The notes under the pieces are model-generated. The model saw only the letters and a list, made by a program, of their open reading frames with translations, made no database searches and had not been told where the DNA came from. From a virus, in IMG/VR virus record IMGVR_UViG_3300002035_000001, positions 1 through 62,585 of that record: a stretch of 62,585 nt of DNA; one strand, written 5' to 3'. Numbering within the stretch: position 1 is the stretch's first letter; the number at the start of each line of letters is the position of its first letter. Shown piece by piece: positions 8,566 to 16,417 of the stretch. Made by a program: the position numbers and the translations under genes.

Positions 8566-9075
8566 CTAATCATTAAGTCCCAAGCAGTGAGGACAGTGTT
8601 TCCAACTTGTTCTACCATGAGGACAGGGAAGTTCAGCTTGATTATTACTACCTAGGGCATTTAGCGTCTGATAGTAATACTCATGAAGGAACCCCCGGGG
8701 AGCATGGCCGCCTCGACGACTAAGCCACAGAGCTCTGCCGGATCTGCCGTTTCCATCGGTAAAGGGATGTAGGATCTCGTACTCAAGATGTTGCTTCCAA
8801 GGATCCTGCTCAGCTAAGATGATGGTAAGTCTAGATCGGATGTCGGGCCCGGAGGAGGGCGGGACATGACTACCGACCTGCACCCCGGGCACCGAAGTCT
8901 TGTCGCGGAATACCGCATCGGGTTGGAGCACCGCGACAAGTTTAACTAATGTGTCTATAGTAGGCGTAGAAGCTAGGAACTGAAGGTGGGCATCTACTTC
9001 TTGGCGGGTAATGCCTGTGATCCCTTCAATCCTGTTACTCTCGGTAACAAAGGCTTCAATCATACTCATAGTCAT
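8566..9075 (-). CDS. fic: Fic-domain protein (AMPylase family) with an N-terminal inhibitory motif
   Basis: HPFTDGNGRSGR matches the Fic core HxFx(D/E)GNGRxxR. SNRIEG matches the inhibitory (S/T)xxxE(G/N). C-terminal CPHGRTSWKHCPHC. Confidence 0.85.
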   Translation of the reverse strand: MTMSMIEAFVTESNRIEGITGITRQEVDAHLQFLASTPTIDTLVKLVAVLQPDAVFRDKTSVPGVQVGSHVPPSSGPDIRSRLTIILAEQDPWKQHLEYEILHPFTDGNGRSGRALWLSRRGGHAPRGFLHEYYYQTLNALGSNNQAELPCPHGRTSWKHCPHCLGLND

Positions 9076-9093
9076 GTCCTTTCGATATAGCTA

Positions 9094-9122
9094 TAAATAA
9101 CAACTAATCGATCAGACGTCAA
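9094..9122 (-). promoter_or_regulatory. Sigma70-type promoter of the fic unit
   Basis: Minus strand TTGACG-17 nt-TATTTA. Confidence 0.5.
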
Positions 9123-9133
9123 TCACCACTTTC

Positions 9134-9577
9134 TCAACAGCCTGCTGCGTAGTTGACTTGAGCATCGTCGATTGCGTCTTGGGTGTCCGTAGCGTAGACA
9201 AGATGATACTTCCCGTCAGGGCGCCGGACTTTATACCTTGATGAGTCTCGGTTAGAAGGCTCTGACTCTACCTGGAATACGTCCCAATCCCCATGCTCAT
9301 GAAGAACACCGTATCGAGGACAGTCGGCCTCATCACAAGAAGATAGCCTATTTAGTTTCTTACAGGTCTCCAAGTCCAGAAACCCGTGAATACAAGCAAC
9401 CGCTTGCGCCCAGCCTAGCCAACGACCAGCCTTTCCGTCTGACATCTGCCCTTTCTCGACCTCATCGAGCATCCATAGAATGTGGCAAGGGTGAAGTCCA
9501 CTATCGCAGCGTTTAGCCACAGGTATATGAGGGTGGACCTCTTCTCTCATAGCTTGGGCAGCTAGAATATAATTCAT
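9134..9577 (-). CDS. Hypothetical Cys/His-rich protein (147 aa)
   Basis: The ORF-track start at 9646 lies inside the tRNA. The internal ATG at 9577 (MNYILAAQ) has an AAGGAGCAAGAC RBS. Confidence 0.55.
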   Translation of the reverse strand: MNYILAAQAMREEVHPHIPVAKRCDSGLHPCHILWMLDEVEKGQMSDGKAGRWLGWAQAVACIHGFLDLETCKKLNRLSSCDEADCPRYGVLHEHGDWDVFQVESEPSNRDSSRYKVRRPDGKYHLVYATDTQDAIDDAQVNYAAGC

Positions 9578-9595
9578 GTCTTGCTCCTTTAATAG

Positions 9596-9673
9596 TGGTG
9601 CGCCCGGCGGGACTCGAACCCGCGACCCTAGGGATAGAAGCCCCATGCTCTAATCCAGCTGAGCTACGGACGC
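9596..9673 (-). tRNA. tRNA-Arg (anticodon TCT), CCA encoded
   Basis: GCGTCCGTAGCTCAGCTGGATTAGAGCATGGGGCTTCTATCCCTAGGGTCGCGGGTTCGAGTCCCGCCGGGCGCACCA folds by hand into a cloverleaf. GTTCGAGTC T-loop; anticodon loop CTTCTAT. Confidence 0.85.
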
Positions 9674-9676
9674 AAA

Positions 9677-9752
<76 letters not shown>

Positions 9753-9764
9753 GTATTACTAATC

Positions 9765-9932
9765 CTAGTTTACAGTTCTCTCCGCGGGATTAACTTGTAT
9801 GCCAACCTTCTCAAGCATATCAGCTATTCTCTTGAAGCTGACAGCTATTGAAGCTAGCGCCATAGCATGGACCTCTTCCGGGGGTATATCTTTGGGAGGA
9901 GCAACGTCCTCTAACTCATCTAATAAACTCAT
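9765..9932 (-). CDS. Possible small protein (55 aa)
   Basis: Own translation MSLLDELEDVAPPKDIPPEEVHAMALASIAVSFKRIADMLEKVGIQVNPAERTVN. Below the ORF-track cut-off. Confidence 0.4.
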   Translation of the reverse strand: MSLLDELEDVAPPKDIPPEEVHAMALASIAVSFKRIADMLEKVGIQVNPAERTVN

Positions 9933-9974
9933 AATCCTAATTCCTTTCTTAGTAGCGGTCTTTATGTATTAATT

Positions 9975-10511
9975 CTATGTCCCTTCAATCCTCCCATAAA
10001 CAGTTTGGGTTTCTGGGTCTACACATAGCTGGACGTCATTCTCCCAAGCATAGTCTTTAACTAGGCCTAATAGCCGGTTAAATAGGGTAGGATCAAACTC
10101 ATCCTTCTCTTTAACGGTCTCTTCCAGTCTTTCAACCATCTCGTGAGACAGCGGGTAATGGGATCCGCCGCCTTCGGGGTTACCTCCAGACTCTTGAGGT
10201 GGCCTAATTTTTCTAGGAAGCTTAACTGTGGCAATCTCTTCATCCACAATTACCCTGCTTCGGCCTATACGGAAGGGTATGATGTCCTCGTCTTCGATAA
10301 TTTTTATGGATACCCGATGGACGCCATCCGGGTACTCATGCCAATGAGGTCGCTTACCTTTAGTCTCCGGATAAAGTATAAAGCCCTCGGAAGACGGACT
10401 GTACTTTGCTCGTAGACCATCAGGGTGAAGAGCTACTAACTCCTTCGAGGTAGTCTCCACTCTTAGTACTCTGGATTTACCAAAGCCTATTCTTGTTTTA
10501 CCTTTAGTCAT
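9975..10511 (-). CDS. Hypothetical protein
   Basis: GAAAGGAGACTATT-ATG RBS. Confidence 0.55.
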   Translation of the reverse strand: MTKGKTRIGFGKSRVLRVETTSKELVALHPDGLRAKYSPSSEGFILYPETKGKRPHWHEYPDGVHRVSIKIIEDEDIIPFRIGRSRVIVDEEIATVKLPRKIRPPQESGGNPEGGGSHYPLSHEMVERLEETVKEKDEFDPTLFNRLLGLVKDYAWENDVQLCVDPETQTVYGRIEGT

Positions 10512-10575
10512 AATAGTCTCCTTTCTTAGTAAGAGTGTTTAACAGTACATTAGGTAAAGAGCTATGTCGATACCT

Positions 10576-10923
10576 TTAATTCTCTGTTTGGATAATATGG
10601 CCGTCTGAGCCCACAGGTGCTAACTCGATAGGGCCTTCAAAGGAGACTGAGCGCTCGCCGTTTTTAATCTCGTTTGCCCGACACTCAAAAAGAAGGATAG
10701 CCTCTCTAAGGTGATCTACGATGCTGTCGTTAAGCTCATGGGGCTTCTCTTCGTTAAGTCTTTTAACCCTAGAAATGCAGGCTCTAAGTACCTCTTGAGT
10801 ACTGGGTCCAGCAAAGGAAGAACAGTTATGTATCTCTCCGTCTAGGTAAAAGTGTAGACGAGTGGTACCGGGGAGCTTTAAGTTATCCAGCTCGTATAGA
10901 TGACCCTTAACTAATTCTTTCAT
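10576..10923 (-). CDS. Hypothetical protein
   Basis: GAGGA RBS; promoter at 11002..11030. Confidence 0.55.
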   Translation of the reverse strand: MKELVKGHLYELDNLKLPGTTRLHFYLDGEIHNCSSFAGPSTQEVLRACISRVKRLNEEKPHELNDSIVDHLREAILLFECRANEIKNGERSVSFEGPIELAPVGSDGHIIQTEN

Positions 10924-11001
10924 GATATCCTCAATAAGTTTCGTTAGTCTGTCAAACCCAATCCATACGAGATGGGACCAGGTGCAGGTATGACGTGGAG
11001 G

Positions 11002-11030
11002 ATCCTATCTAAAGGACCCCCCGGTGTCAA
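11002..11030 (-). promoter_or_regulatory. Sigma70-type promoter
   Basis: Minus strand TTGACA-17 nt-TAGGAT. The -35 is embedded in the 16-bp repeat CAAGATAACTGTTGAC. Confidence 0.5.
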
Positions 11031-11049
11031 CAGTTATCTTGTCTCCTTG

Positions 11050-11319
11050 TTAGGCTTTTGCTTTAGCCTTGGTTGTTTTCTTTGCGGAGCGTTTCGCTGC
11101 ACGTTCTAGCTTCGCGGCATATTTCTCATCAAACATGCTACGGACAGTGTCGCTCTGTGCAGCAGTGAAGATCCATGAGCTGTTACGGACATGCACTTCG
11201 TTCATCTCGATACGCAGCTTAGCGCGCATTTTCTTCGTGGTCAACGTAGATGAAGGGTCAGCCTTCAAGATGTCGTTATGGATGGATTTCAGTACGATGG
11301 TTGGTGTTTCAGTAGTCAT
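11050..11319 (-). CDS. Small protein with a Lys-rich tail, carrying the recurrent module (see findings)
   Basis: ILKADPSSTLTTKKMRAKLRIEMNEVHVRNSSWIFT plus a KRSAKKTTKAKAKA tail. Confidence 0.55.
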   Translation of the reverse strand: MTTETPTIVLKSIHNDILKADPSSTLTTKKMRAKLRIEMNEVHVRNSSWIFTAAQSDTVRSMFDEKYAAKLERAAKRSAKKTTKAKAKA

Positions 11320-11372
11320 GTCATTTATTCCTTTATGTTATCGGGAAAGCGTTATTGCCTTTCGATGTAGTC

Positions 11373-11401
11373 AGTATAGCAAGATAAGATGTAGTCGTCA
11401 A
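11373..11401 (-). promoter_or_regulatory. Sigma70-type promoter
   Basis: Minus strand TTGACG-17 nt-TATACT. The same 16-bp CAAGATAACTGTTGAC repeat covers the -35. Confidence 0.55.
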
Positions 11402-11512
11402 CAGTTATCTTGCAATTATTTTAAGATAAGAGAGTTATTATTGATTGGGCATAACCGATTGCGATTGTCCCGCCGATGGATGTTACTTCGATATATAATA
11501 AGGCACGTTTCA

Positions 11513-11704
11513 TTAGCATACGCCTCCGTCATTGCGACGTCTTACATACGCCTCATCTGCTTGTCGGCATATCAGGGGTTTGATTATCTTCCAGGCATCC
11601 ATCTCAATATCGTCAAGATCATCCTCATGAGCTTCGATAAAATGCAGAGCAGCGGATAGATCATCATCGTCTTGTTCTATAAGGTTGGGTAATGTCATTG
11701 TCAT
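11513..11704 (-). CDS. Small acidic protein (63 aa)
   Basis: Start moved to ATG 11704 (MTMTLPNLIEQDDDD), downstream of the promoter at 11730..11757. AAAGGAC RBS. Confidence 0.5.
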   Translation of the reverse strand: MTMTLPNLIEQDDDDLSAALHFIEAHEDDLDDIEMDAWKIIKPLICRQADEAYVRRRNDGGVC

Positions 11705-11729
11705 GTCCTTTCGTTTAATTGATGTATCC

Positions 11730-11757
11730 ATTATAGACAACGGCATGCGGATGTCAA
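11730..11757 (-). promoter_or_regulatory. Consensus sigma70 promoter
   Basis: Minus strand TTGACA-16 nt-TATAAT. Confidence 0.6.
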
Positions 11758-11797
11758 CAATAAAACGGATATAAATCCAAATTAATGGGGTTGGTAT

Positions 11798-12082
11798 ACA
11801 CTAAGCTTAATGATACTGGCTGGTCCATCCGCCTTGTCCAATAAAGAGTACGGTTGGTCCAGCCAAGGATATGCCCACCTAGGTAGCTCTTCCTTCCACA
11901 GCGGTACAGCTGTTCGGTTAGCCTAGAAAAGATAGAGAGATGGTCCAACCAGCGACCCGTGCCTATACAGCTCTACATCTATATCCGCATATCTGGAGTT
12001 GGCCCACCCGTCTATACAGCTCTACCTATATCACTAAGCTTATTGGCATATATCTATTGACTTTATCGGCTGGCCCGGCTGG
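11798..12082. repeat. Iteron-like repeat field in a 470-bp non-coding gap (candidate origin or regulatory hub)
   Basis: TGGYCCANCC at 11821, 11855, 11941 and 11999, with a degenerate copy at 12071. CTATACAGCTCTAC twice (11963, 12011). CACTAAGCTTAWTG twice (11798, 12030). Confidence 0.6.
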
Positions 12083-12205
12083 TATTTTTACGGTAAATCA
12101 GGCTATCCCATCCATATCTAGGCTTCTTTGTCTTGTACTCACCTGCGCGTGATTAGATGAAAAAGCCTCAGTAGTGAGAGATATTGCTCATTTATTATAC
12201 CATGA

Positions 12206-12234
12206 TTGACGTAGTGTTGATATAACTGTATAAT
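12206..12234 (+). promoter_or_regulatory. Consensus sigma70 promoter for gene 12333
   Basis: TTGACG-17 nt-TATAAT. The spacer contains GATATAACTGT. Confidence 0.65.
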
Positions 12235-12332
12235 GACCAATCTCAGACCATAATCGATCAATCGTAGTACTATTATTGAGCAAAGGCTATCACTATTGAG
12301 GCTTTTGGTGTTACGCGAAGGAAACCAAACCA

Positions 12333-12887
12333 ATGGACAAGAAGACCAAGAAACGTATGATTATCCCACAACAGGAGCGGCTTTTGGATACAGATGAGTT
12401 CTACGCTTTAACGGACTTGCTATTCGAGACGTTCAAAGAAAACAACTCAGCTTGCGCTAGATCTTTAGGGATAAGCCGCAATACATGGAAACGATGGAAC
12501 ACTGCTCCGCCTACTTGGCCATGGTGGAACTTAATACTAAGGTTAGTGATAAAAGAGACGTTAGCAGGCATGACAACTAAACGAGGCATTAGCAGGAAGC
12601 ACAGGAACAAGATCCTTGATGCGATGTCACGAATACCTGATAGCAGCGATATGTCAGTATCTATAGCTGATCTGTCCTATGAATACGCAGGAGCGGAAGC
12701 GCACTTACGTAGGTTATTGACTAAGGGCGGCATGTTCAAGAAGGACATAATGAAAGCGGCGAACGCAGGCGGCTACAGCAAAAAGGCCCTAGAACTTGCT
12801 TCTAAGACCTTGATGATAGTTAAAACCCAAGAGGGATATGGAAAGAAGAAAAAGTCGTTCTGGCGATTACCCGATCAAGACGATTAG
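12333..12887 (+). CDS. HTH regulator-like protein with a C-terminal winged-helix resembling the primase-helicase C-terminus
   Basis: ACARSLGISRNTWKRWNT HTH pattern. The C-terminus ...YSKKALELASKTLMIVKTQEGYGKKKKSFWRLP parallels ...ISAKMLERAASKMSIKKKKRGKGNNKTLTWELH of ORF 18580..20484. Confidence 0.55.
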   Translation: MDKKTKKRMIIPQQERLLDTDEFYALTDLLFETFKENNSACARSLGISRNTWKRWNTAPPTWPWWNLILRLVIKETLAGMTTKRGISRKHRNKILDAMSRIPDSSDMSVSIADLSYEYAGAEAHLRRLLTKGGMFKKDIMKAANAGGYSKKALELASKTLMIVKTQEGYGKKKKSFWRLPDQDD

Positions 12888-13144
12888 AGTTCCGTGATTA
12901 GATGGGGCTTATACCTAAGCCTATATCCTTGGCTCTTTACCGTCTCGATCATGCGGTTTCCTATAAGGACTCGGATGCGATGTATGGACACAGGGATAGT
13001 ATTAACCTCCTTGTCGAAGAACCGGCCAACGCACTCATTATAGATATCTTTAATAGATACGGGATCAGGTGCCCGCTTGCACAGATGAAGCAGGATCCTA
13101 AGTTGATGGCTAGGGATCTTATGCTCCGAGCTACGGATAACCAC
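12884..13144 (-). CDS. Stand-alone OmpR/PhoB-type winged-helix DNA-binding protein
   Basis: VSIHRIRVLIGNRMIETVKSQGYRLRY matches the Trans_reg_C pattern (..hI..LR.Ki....I.TvrG.GY.l). GTG start. Confidence 0.6.
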   Translation of the reverse strand: MVIRSSEHKIPSHQLRILLHLCKRAPDPVSIKDIYNECVGRFFDKEVNTIPVSIHRIRVLIGNRMIETVKSQGYRLRYKPHLITEL

Positions 13145-13197
13145 AGTCAGGCGGAGCAGATCAATATATGTAGCCTCATCGAGAAAGATAACAGCCT

Positions 13198-13458
13198 TCA
13201 GTGGTCTTTCCTTCCGCTCATAGTATCCTCGACAGCATCTACGCTCATGTTACAGCCGATCTCGACGTTACCCCTTACGAGCTTGTCATAGAAGTCGTAG
13301 GACTTTCCCGTCTCGATCATTGCGAGGAACTGGATACCTCCTATCATCTGAGACAATATAGCCATCTGCTCCTCAATCGGTATATCCGTATGATTAAGCA
13401 GGGCTTGCTTTACTTCCGCATGGAGTTCGCGGTGCTTTTGATCGGGCACTTTCTTCAT
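13198..13458 (-). CDS. Hypothetical protein
   Basis: AAGGA RBS; 4-nt overlap with the upstream gene. Confidence 0.5.
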   Translation of the reverse strand: MKKVPDQKHRELHAEVKQALLNHTDIPIEEQMAILSQMIGGIQFLAMIETGKSYDFYDKLVRGNVEIGCNMSVDAVEDTMSGRKDH

Positions 13459-13694
13459 AGCTTATCCTTCACGTCATTCCATCGACGGCCTACGAGCCTG
13501 TGGCGGTCAACAGCTTTTCTAGGTTTCTTATTCACATTAACTAATCGTTCAGCTTCAGTCCGAGAGCTTATACGTCTCACGAGCTTGCCTCGGAAGCGGA
13601 TCTCATACTGTTGAGCCTTATCTTCTGAGCAATCTACCCAGACCATTGTCCGCTTTTTCTTCATCTGTCGGACAGGCTGAATAGTAAGCTTCAT
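13455..13694 (-). CDS. Hypothetical basic protein
   Basis: GAGG RBS; coupled to its neighbours. Confidence 0.5.
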   Translation of the reverse strand: MKLTIQPVRQMKKKRTMVWVDCSEDKAQQYEIRFRGKLVRRISSRTEAERLVNVNKKPRKAVDRHRLVGRRWNDVKDKL

Positions 13695-14194
13695 AGAAAC
13701 CTCACAAAAGGGTCAATAGACCACTGTAACAAGCCTTGCATGATAGTAGGGCTAATCTTGCCTCTTTGCTTTAGTTGAGAATGGGCACGATCTCCCCAAC
13801 GCTGGCGGTATTTGTTGTATCGACTTATCTGGCGCTTATCATCATAACAGCGACGGCCGCTGTAGTATCGACAGTACCAGTGAAACCAGCCGAGCGGGTC
13901 TATGTCGGCAATCCAACCACGCTTCATCCACTCATTATAGTCTAGTCCCGCATTAGTACCGAAGCAGTTATTAAGATTACTAAAGTCTTGCCGGTTACGT
14001 TTAGCCCGAGAGATAATACCGGGGAGCAAGCCAAGAAAGTCGTCATTATCAGCATTAGCAAAGTAATTACCCCCGAATACGCCAAGCCTCATCATACGGA
14101 TAGGAGTATAATCGGGGCTAAACTCGGTGATCTTGCTGATTGACATGGGCACGAGTAACCTGGCCTGGGTGTGGTTTTCAGGCCTCATTTCCAT
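13691..14194 (-). CDS. Conserved hypothetical protein
   Basis: GWFHWYCRYYSGRRCYDDKRQISRY motif. The family looks familiar but I cannot name it. Confidence 0.55.
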   Translation of the reverse strand: MEMRPENHTQARLLVPMSISKITEFSPDYTPIRMMRLGVFGGNYFANADNDDFLGLLPGIISRAKRNRQDFSNLNNCFGTNAGLDYNEWMKRGWIADIDPLGWFHWYCRYYSGRRCYDDKRQISRYNKYRQRWGDRAHSQLKQRGKISPTIMQGLLQWSIDPFVRFL

Positions 14195-14505
14195 CCTAAC
14201 TCAGACGAGGCATTAGCAGGTAGGTATCCTATTTGGCGACCTTCAGCAACATATACTACAAGAGGAGGATCCTCATATCCTTCTTCCACAAATATCACGG
14301 TGCCTTCTTCTTCTTGACGAGTCCAGGCATCCCTTTGGCTGTCTGTAGCATCATCAAATTGGTGCTTAGTAATAGCTTGAGGAGATAGGGGCTGAATGAT
14401 GTCTGAAATAGACCACTCAAAAGGCCAAGAAGGCTGGGTAGCTAACCTTACTTCAGCATCAGGATCACAGTCCTCAAGGTGAGCGATAAGTTCAGATACG
14501 TTCAT
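14185..14505 (-). CDS. Hypothetical acidic protein
   Basis: AAGGAG RBS with a conserved leader and a possible promoter (-10 TATACT at 14541..14546). Confidence 0.55.
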   Translation of the reverse strand: MNVSELIAHLEDCDPDAEVRLATQPSWPFEWSISDIIQPLSPQAITKHQFDDATDSQRDAWTRQEEEGTVIFVEEGYEDPPLVVYVAEGRQIGYLPANASSELGWK

Positions 14506-14591
14506 GTCATTTACTCCTTAATGCGTTATTGCATTATTTCAGTATAGACAGTTATCAAGCCAAAACAACTCAATAACTCTCTATTACTCTC

Positions 14592-14879
14592 TTAATCGTC
14601 AAACTCATTCTCACGAGCAATTTGGTTAAAGATGGTATTCCTGCGATTGTCAGACATCCCTTGGTTCCATAGTTGGCGGAAGCTATCCATATTCTGATCG
14701 TGATCGGATCCCGTCTCCAGTAGACTTACCTTATTATCCCGTTTCCGCTCAAACCACCCTACGCCCTTAAGACTATCACTGTGGTATCGATACTCGTTGG
14801 ACTCGAAAGCCGTATCTCTATTGCCTTCTTCCGTCGGTTTAACTTTGAAAGCCTGGATTACTTCCTTGGGTATTTCCAC
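14592..14879 (-). CDS. Hypothetical protein
   Basis: GTG start preceded by AAGGAG. Confidence 0.5.
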   Translation of the reverse strand: MEIPKEVIQAFKVKPTEEGNRDTAFESNEYRYHSDSLKGVGWFERKRDNKVSLLETGSDHDQNMDSFRQLWNQGMSDNRRNTIFNQIARENEFDD

Positions 14880-14880
14880 T

Positions 14881-15321
14881 TTACTTCTCCTTCTTCAGTT
14901 GAAACATTGGTCTTTTATCATCCTCCTGCTCAACGTGCAATGTCGAAGCATCAAGCAGTGATCTTAGTTGCGTCAGGGGCGCGTAAGGCCTTGATTGCGC
15001 GCTGACACTGTGCAACACGTCATCAATAGCGCGCTTCATGTCATCAGCATCGCCTCGGGCGATCCTTATGGTTCTACCCGTATAATCCCCTGTCTCGGGA
15101 AGACTGTCGATCCATGCGCCTAGCTCATTAAGAGTTTTACGGCCTGCACCGGGCGTTCTAAGGAAGTCGGGAGCAAAATTCTCGGGTGATGCTCGATATA
15201 GCTGTATGACTTCATCTAGAGTCATATCCCAAGCAAAGTTGGATATAGCCCCGATTAATCGAGTTGAAACGGGTTTACCGAAAGCCATCATCTCGGTGCG
15301 AAATTGTAGTTCCCTGTTCAT
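14881..15321 (-). CDS. Hypothetical protein with a possible helix-hairpin-helix (RpoA alpha-CTD-like) segment
   Basis: Start moved to ATG 15321 (MNRELQF; GGAGAGGA RBS; TAATG coupling). FLRTPGAGRKTLNELGAWI is HhH-like. Confidence 0.45.
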   Translation of the reverse strand: MNRELQFRTEMMAFGKPVSTRLIGAISNFAWDMTLDEVIQLYRASPENFAPDFLRTPGAGRKTLNELGAWIDSLPETGDYTGRTIRIARGDADDMKRAIDDVLHSVSAQSRPYAPLTQLRSLLDASTLHVEQEDDKRPMFQLKKEK

Positions 15322-15533
15322 TATCCCATCCTCTCCCAAACGATAGCAGTCAAGGCACGGGTTACAACGCGGTGGCTCGTAGTCCACAGTCGTTCTAGTG
15401 CTTCGTCTCCTTGATTAAACGTGCCTGAAGAAGGCTTAACAGTCTCCTCAGCAATCTGCTCAGCAAGATTGTTAATCTCCGTATCTTTAAGCAATTCCTT
15501 AATGCGCTCGACAAGTCTCTGTTGGTTATCCAT
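15321..15533 (-). CDS. Hypothetical protein (70 aa)
   Basis: Start set at the internal ATG (MDNQQRLVERIKELL), which overlaps the upstream stop. Confidence 0.4.
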   Translation of the reverse strand: MDNQQRLVERIKELLKDTEINNLAEQIAEETVKPSSGTFNQGDEALERLWTTSHRVVTRALTAIVWERMG

Positions 15534-15723
15534 CGAGAGGGTTACCTTTCTGAAATATATGCCACTGATTATTTGACCGGAAGTAGAACATCTGGCCACA
15601 GCAGGAGACGTCATCATCTACGCCTATATGGTATATGGGTTGATCGGGGTCAGCAGGATGCTGAGGGTCATTAAGGGCATTATCAATTTGGTCTCTTAAT
15701 TGACGTAGTGTTAAAGTCGTCAT
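15526..15723 (-). CDS. Hypothetical protein (65 aa)
   Basis: Start moved to ATG 15723 (MTTLTLRQLRDQ). The ORF-track N-terminus is the translated 5' leader containing the conserved motif. Confidence 0.5.
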   Translation of the reverse strand: MTTLTLRQLRDQIDNALNDPQHPADPDQPIYHIGVDDDVSCCGQMFYFRSNNQWHIFQKGNPLDG

Positions 15724-15760
15724 GTTCTTATCCTTCGCGTTATTGCGTTTTGATAAAGGT

Positions 15761-15789
15761 ATCTTAGAAGTAAAGACAAGATAGGTCAA
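15761..15789 (-). promoter_or_regulatory. Sigma70-type promoter
   Basis: Minus strand TTGACC-17 nt-TAAGAT. Confidence 0.5.
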
Positions 15790-15800
15790 TACAAAAATTC

Positions 15801-16016
15801 TCAGTCACTCCATCCCTTCATTACTTCCTTAATCCTTTGGTGACATTTCTCAGGATCCTCATGATAGGATTGAGCATCGGTCCCGGAAGCCATGACAGCA
15901 ACCACAAACCTCAGAGAACAATGCTCAATTCCCATCTCCCGAGCGACCCTACTATACAGCAAAGGACCCGGAACTCGTATACCATCCTGTGCAGCTCTAC
16001 CCTTTGATTGGTCCAT
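15801..16016 (-). CDS. Hypothetical protein (71 aa)
   Basis: Start set at the internal ATG (MDQSKGRAAQ), which overlaps the upstream gene end. Confidence 0.4.
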   Translation of the reverse strand: MDQSKGRAAQDGIRVPGPLLYSRVAREMGIEHCSLRFVVAVMASGTDAQSYHEDPEKCHQRIKEVMKGWSD

Positions 16017-16416
16017 AGTCTTCGAGCAAGCGATCAAGGTACTCATCTTCGGTCTCGTGATCCCGCTTGGACTCTCCTGCATTATTCTCACAGTTACGGA
16101 TAAATTTAACTTTATCAAAAGGCGGATCGTCTTCTCGTAGTCTAAGTCTCATGAACCTTCTACGCCTTCCTCCTTTATCGGTAAAGTAAGAATGGATGAC
16201 ATAGACGGACCCATCATCATCCGCCTCATATCGAAAGTGAAGTTCTCCTAGGGGAGGACTATTAGGTCTAGTCTTCTTGGCATCGGCAGCAAGCTGTATC
16301 CAATTCTTAAGTTCCTTAAGACTTGAAGGCTCATAAAGCGTAGGATGGTCAATCAGGTGACACGTCTCTACATCCCAGGTTGATTGTCTAGTAAGACTTA
16401 AAGTTGCAGTTCCCAT
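15997..16416 (-). CDS. Hypothetical protein (139 aa)
   Basis: Start moved to ATG 16416 (MGTATLSL). GGAG RBS; TAGAATG junction with the upstream gene. Confidence 0.5.
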   Translation of the reverse strand: MGTATLSLTRQSTWDVETCHLIDHPTLYEPSSLKELKNWIQLAADAKKTRPNSPPLGELHFRYEADDDGSVYVIHSYFTDKGGRRRRFMRLRLREDDPPFDKVKFIRNCENNAGESKRDHETEDEYLDRLLEDYGPIKG

Positions 16417-16417
16417 T

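Noticed and set aside
11069-11659. 196-aa plus-strand ORF
   Set aside because: It is antisense to gene 11050..11319 and crosses a promoter/leader region. It has no RBS and a hydrophobic junk-like sequence.
11754-12333. Three 64-70 aa ORFs in the iteron region
   Set aside because: They have no RBS and are built from repeat sequence. They lie between two outward-facing consensus promoters, so the region is treated as non-coding.
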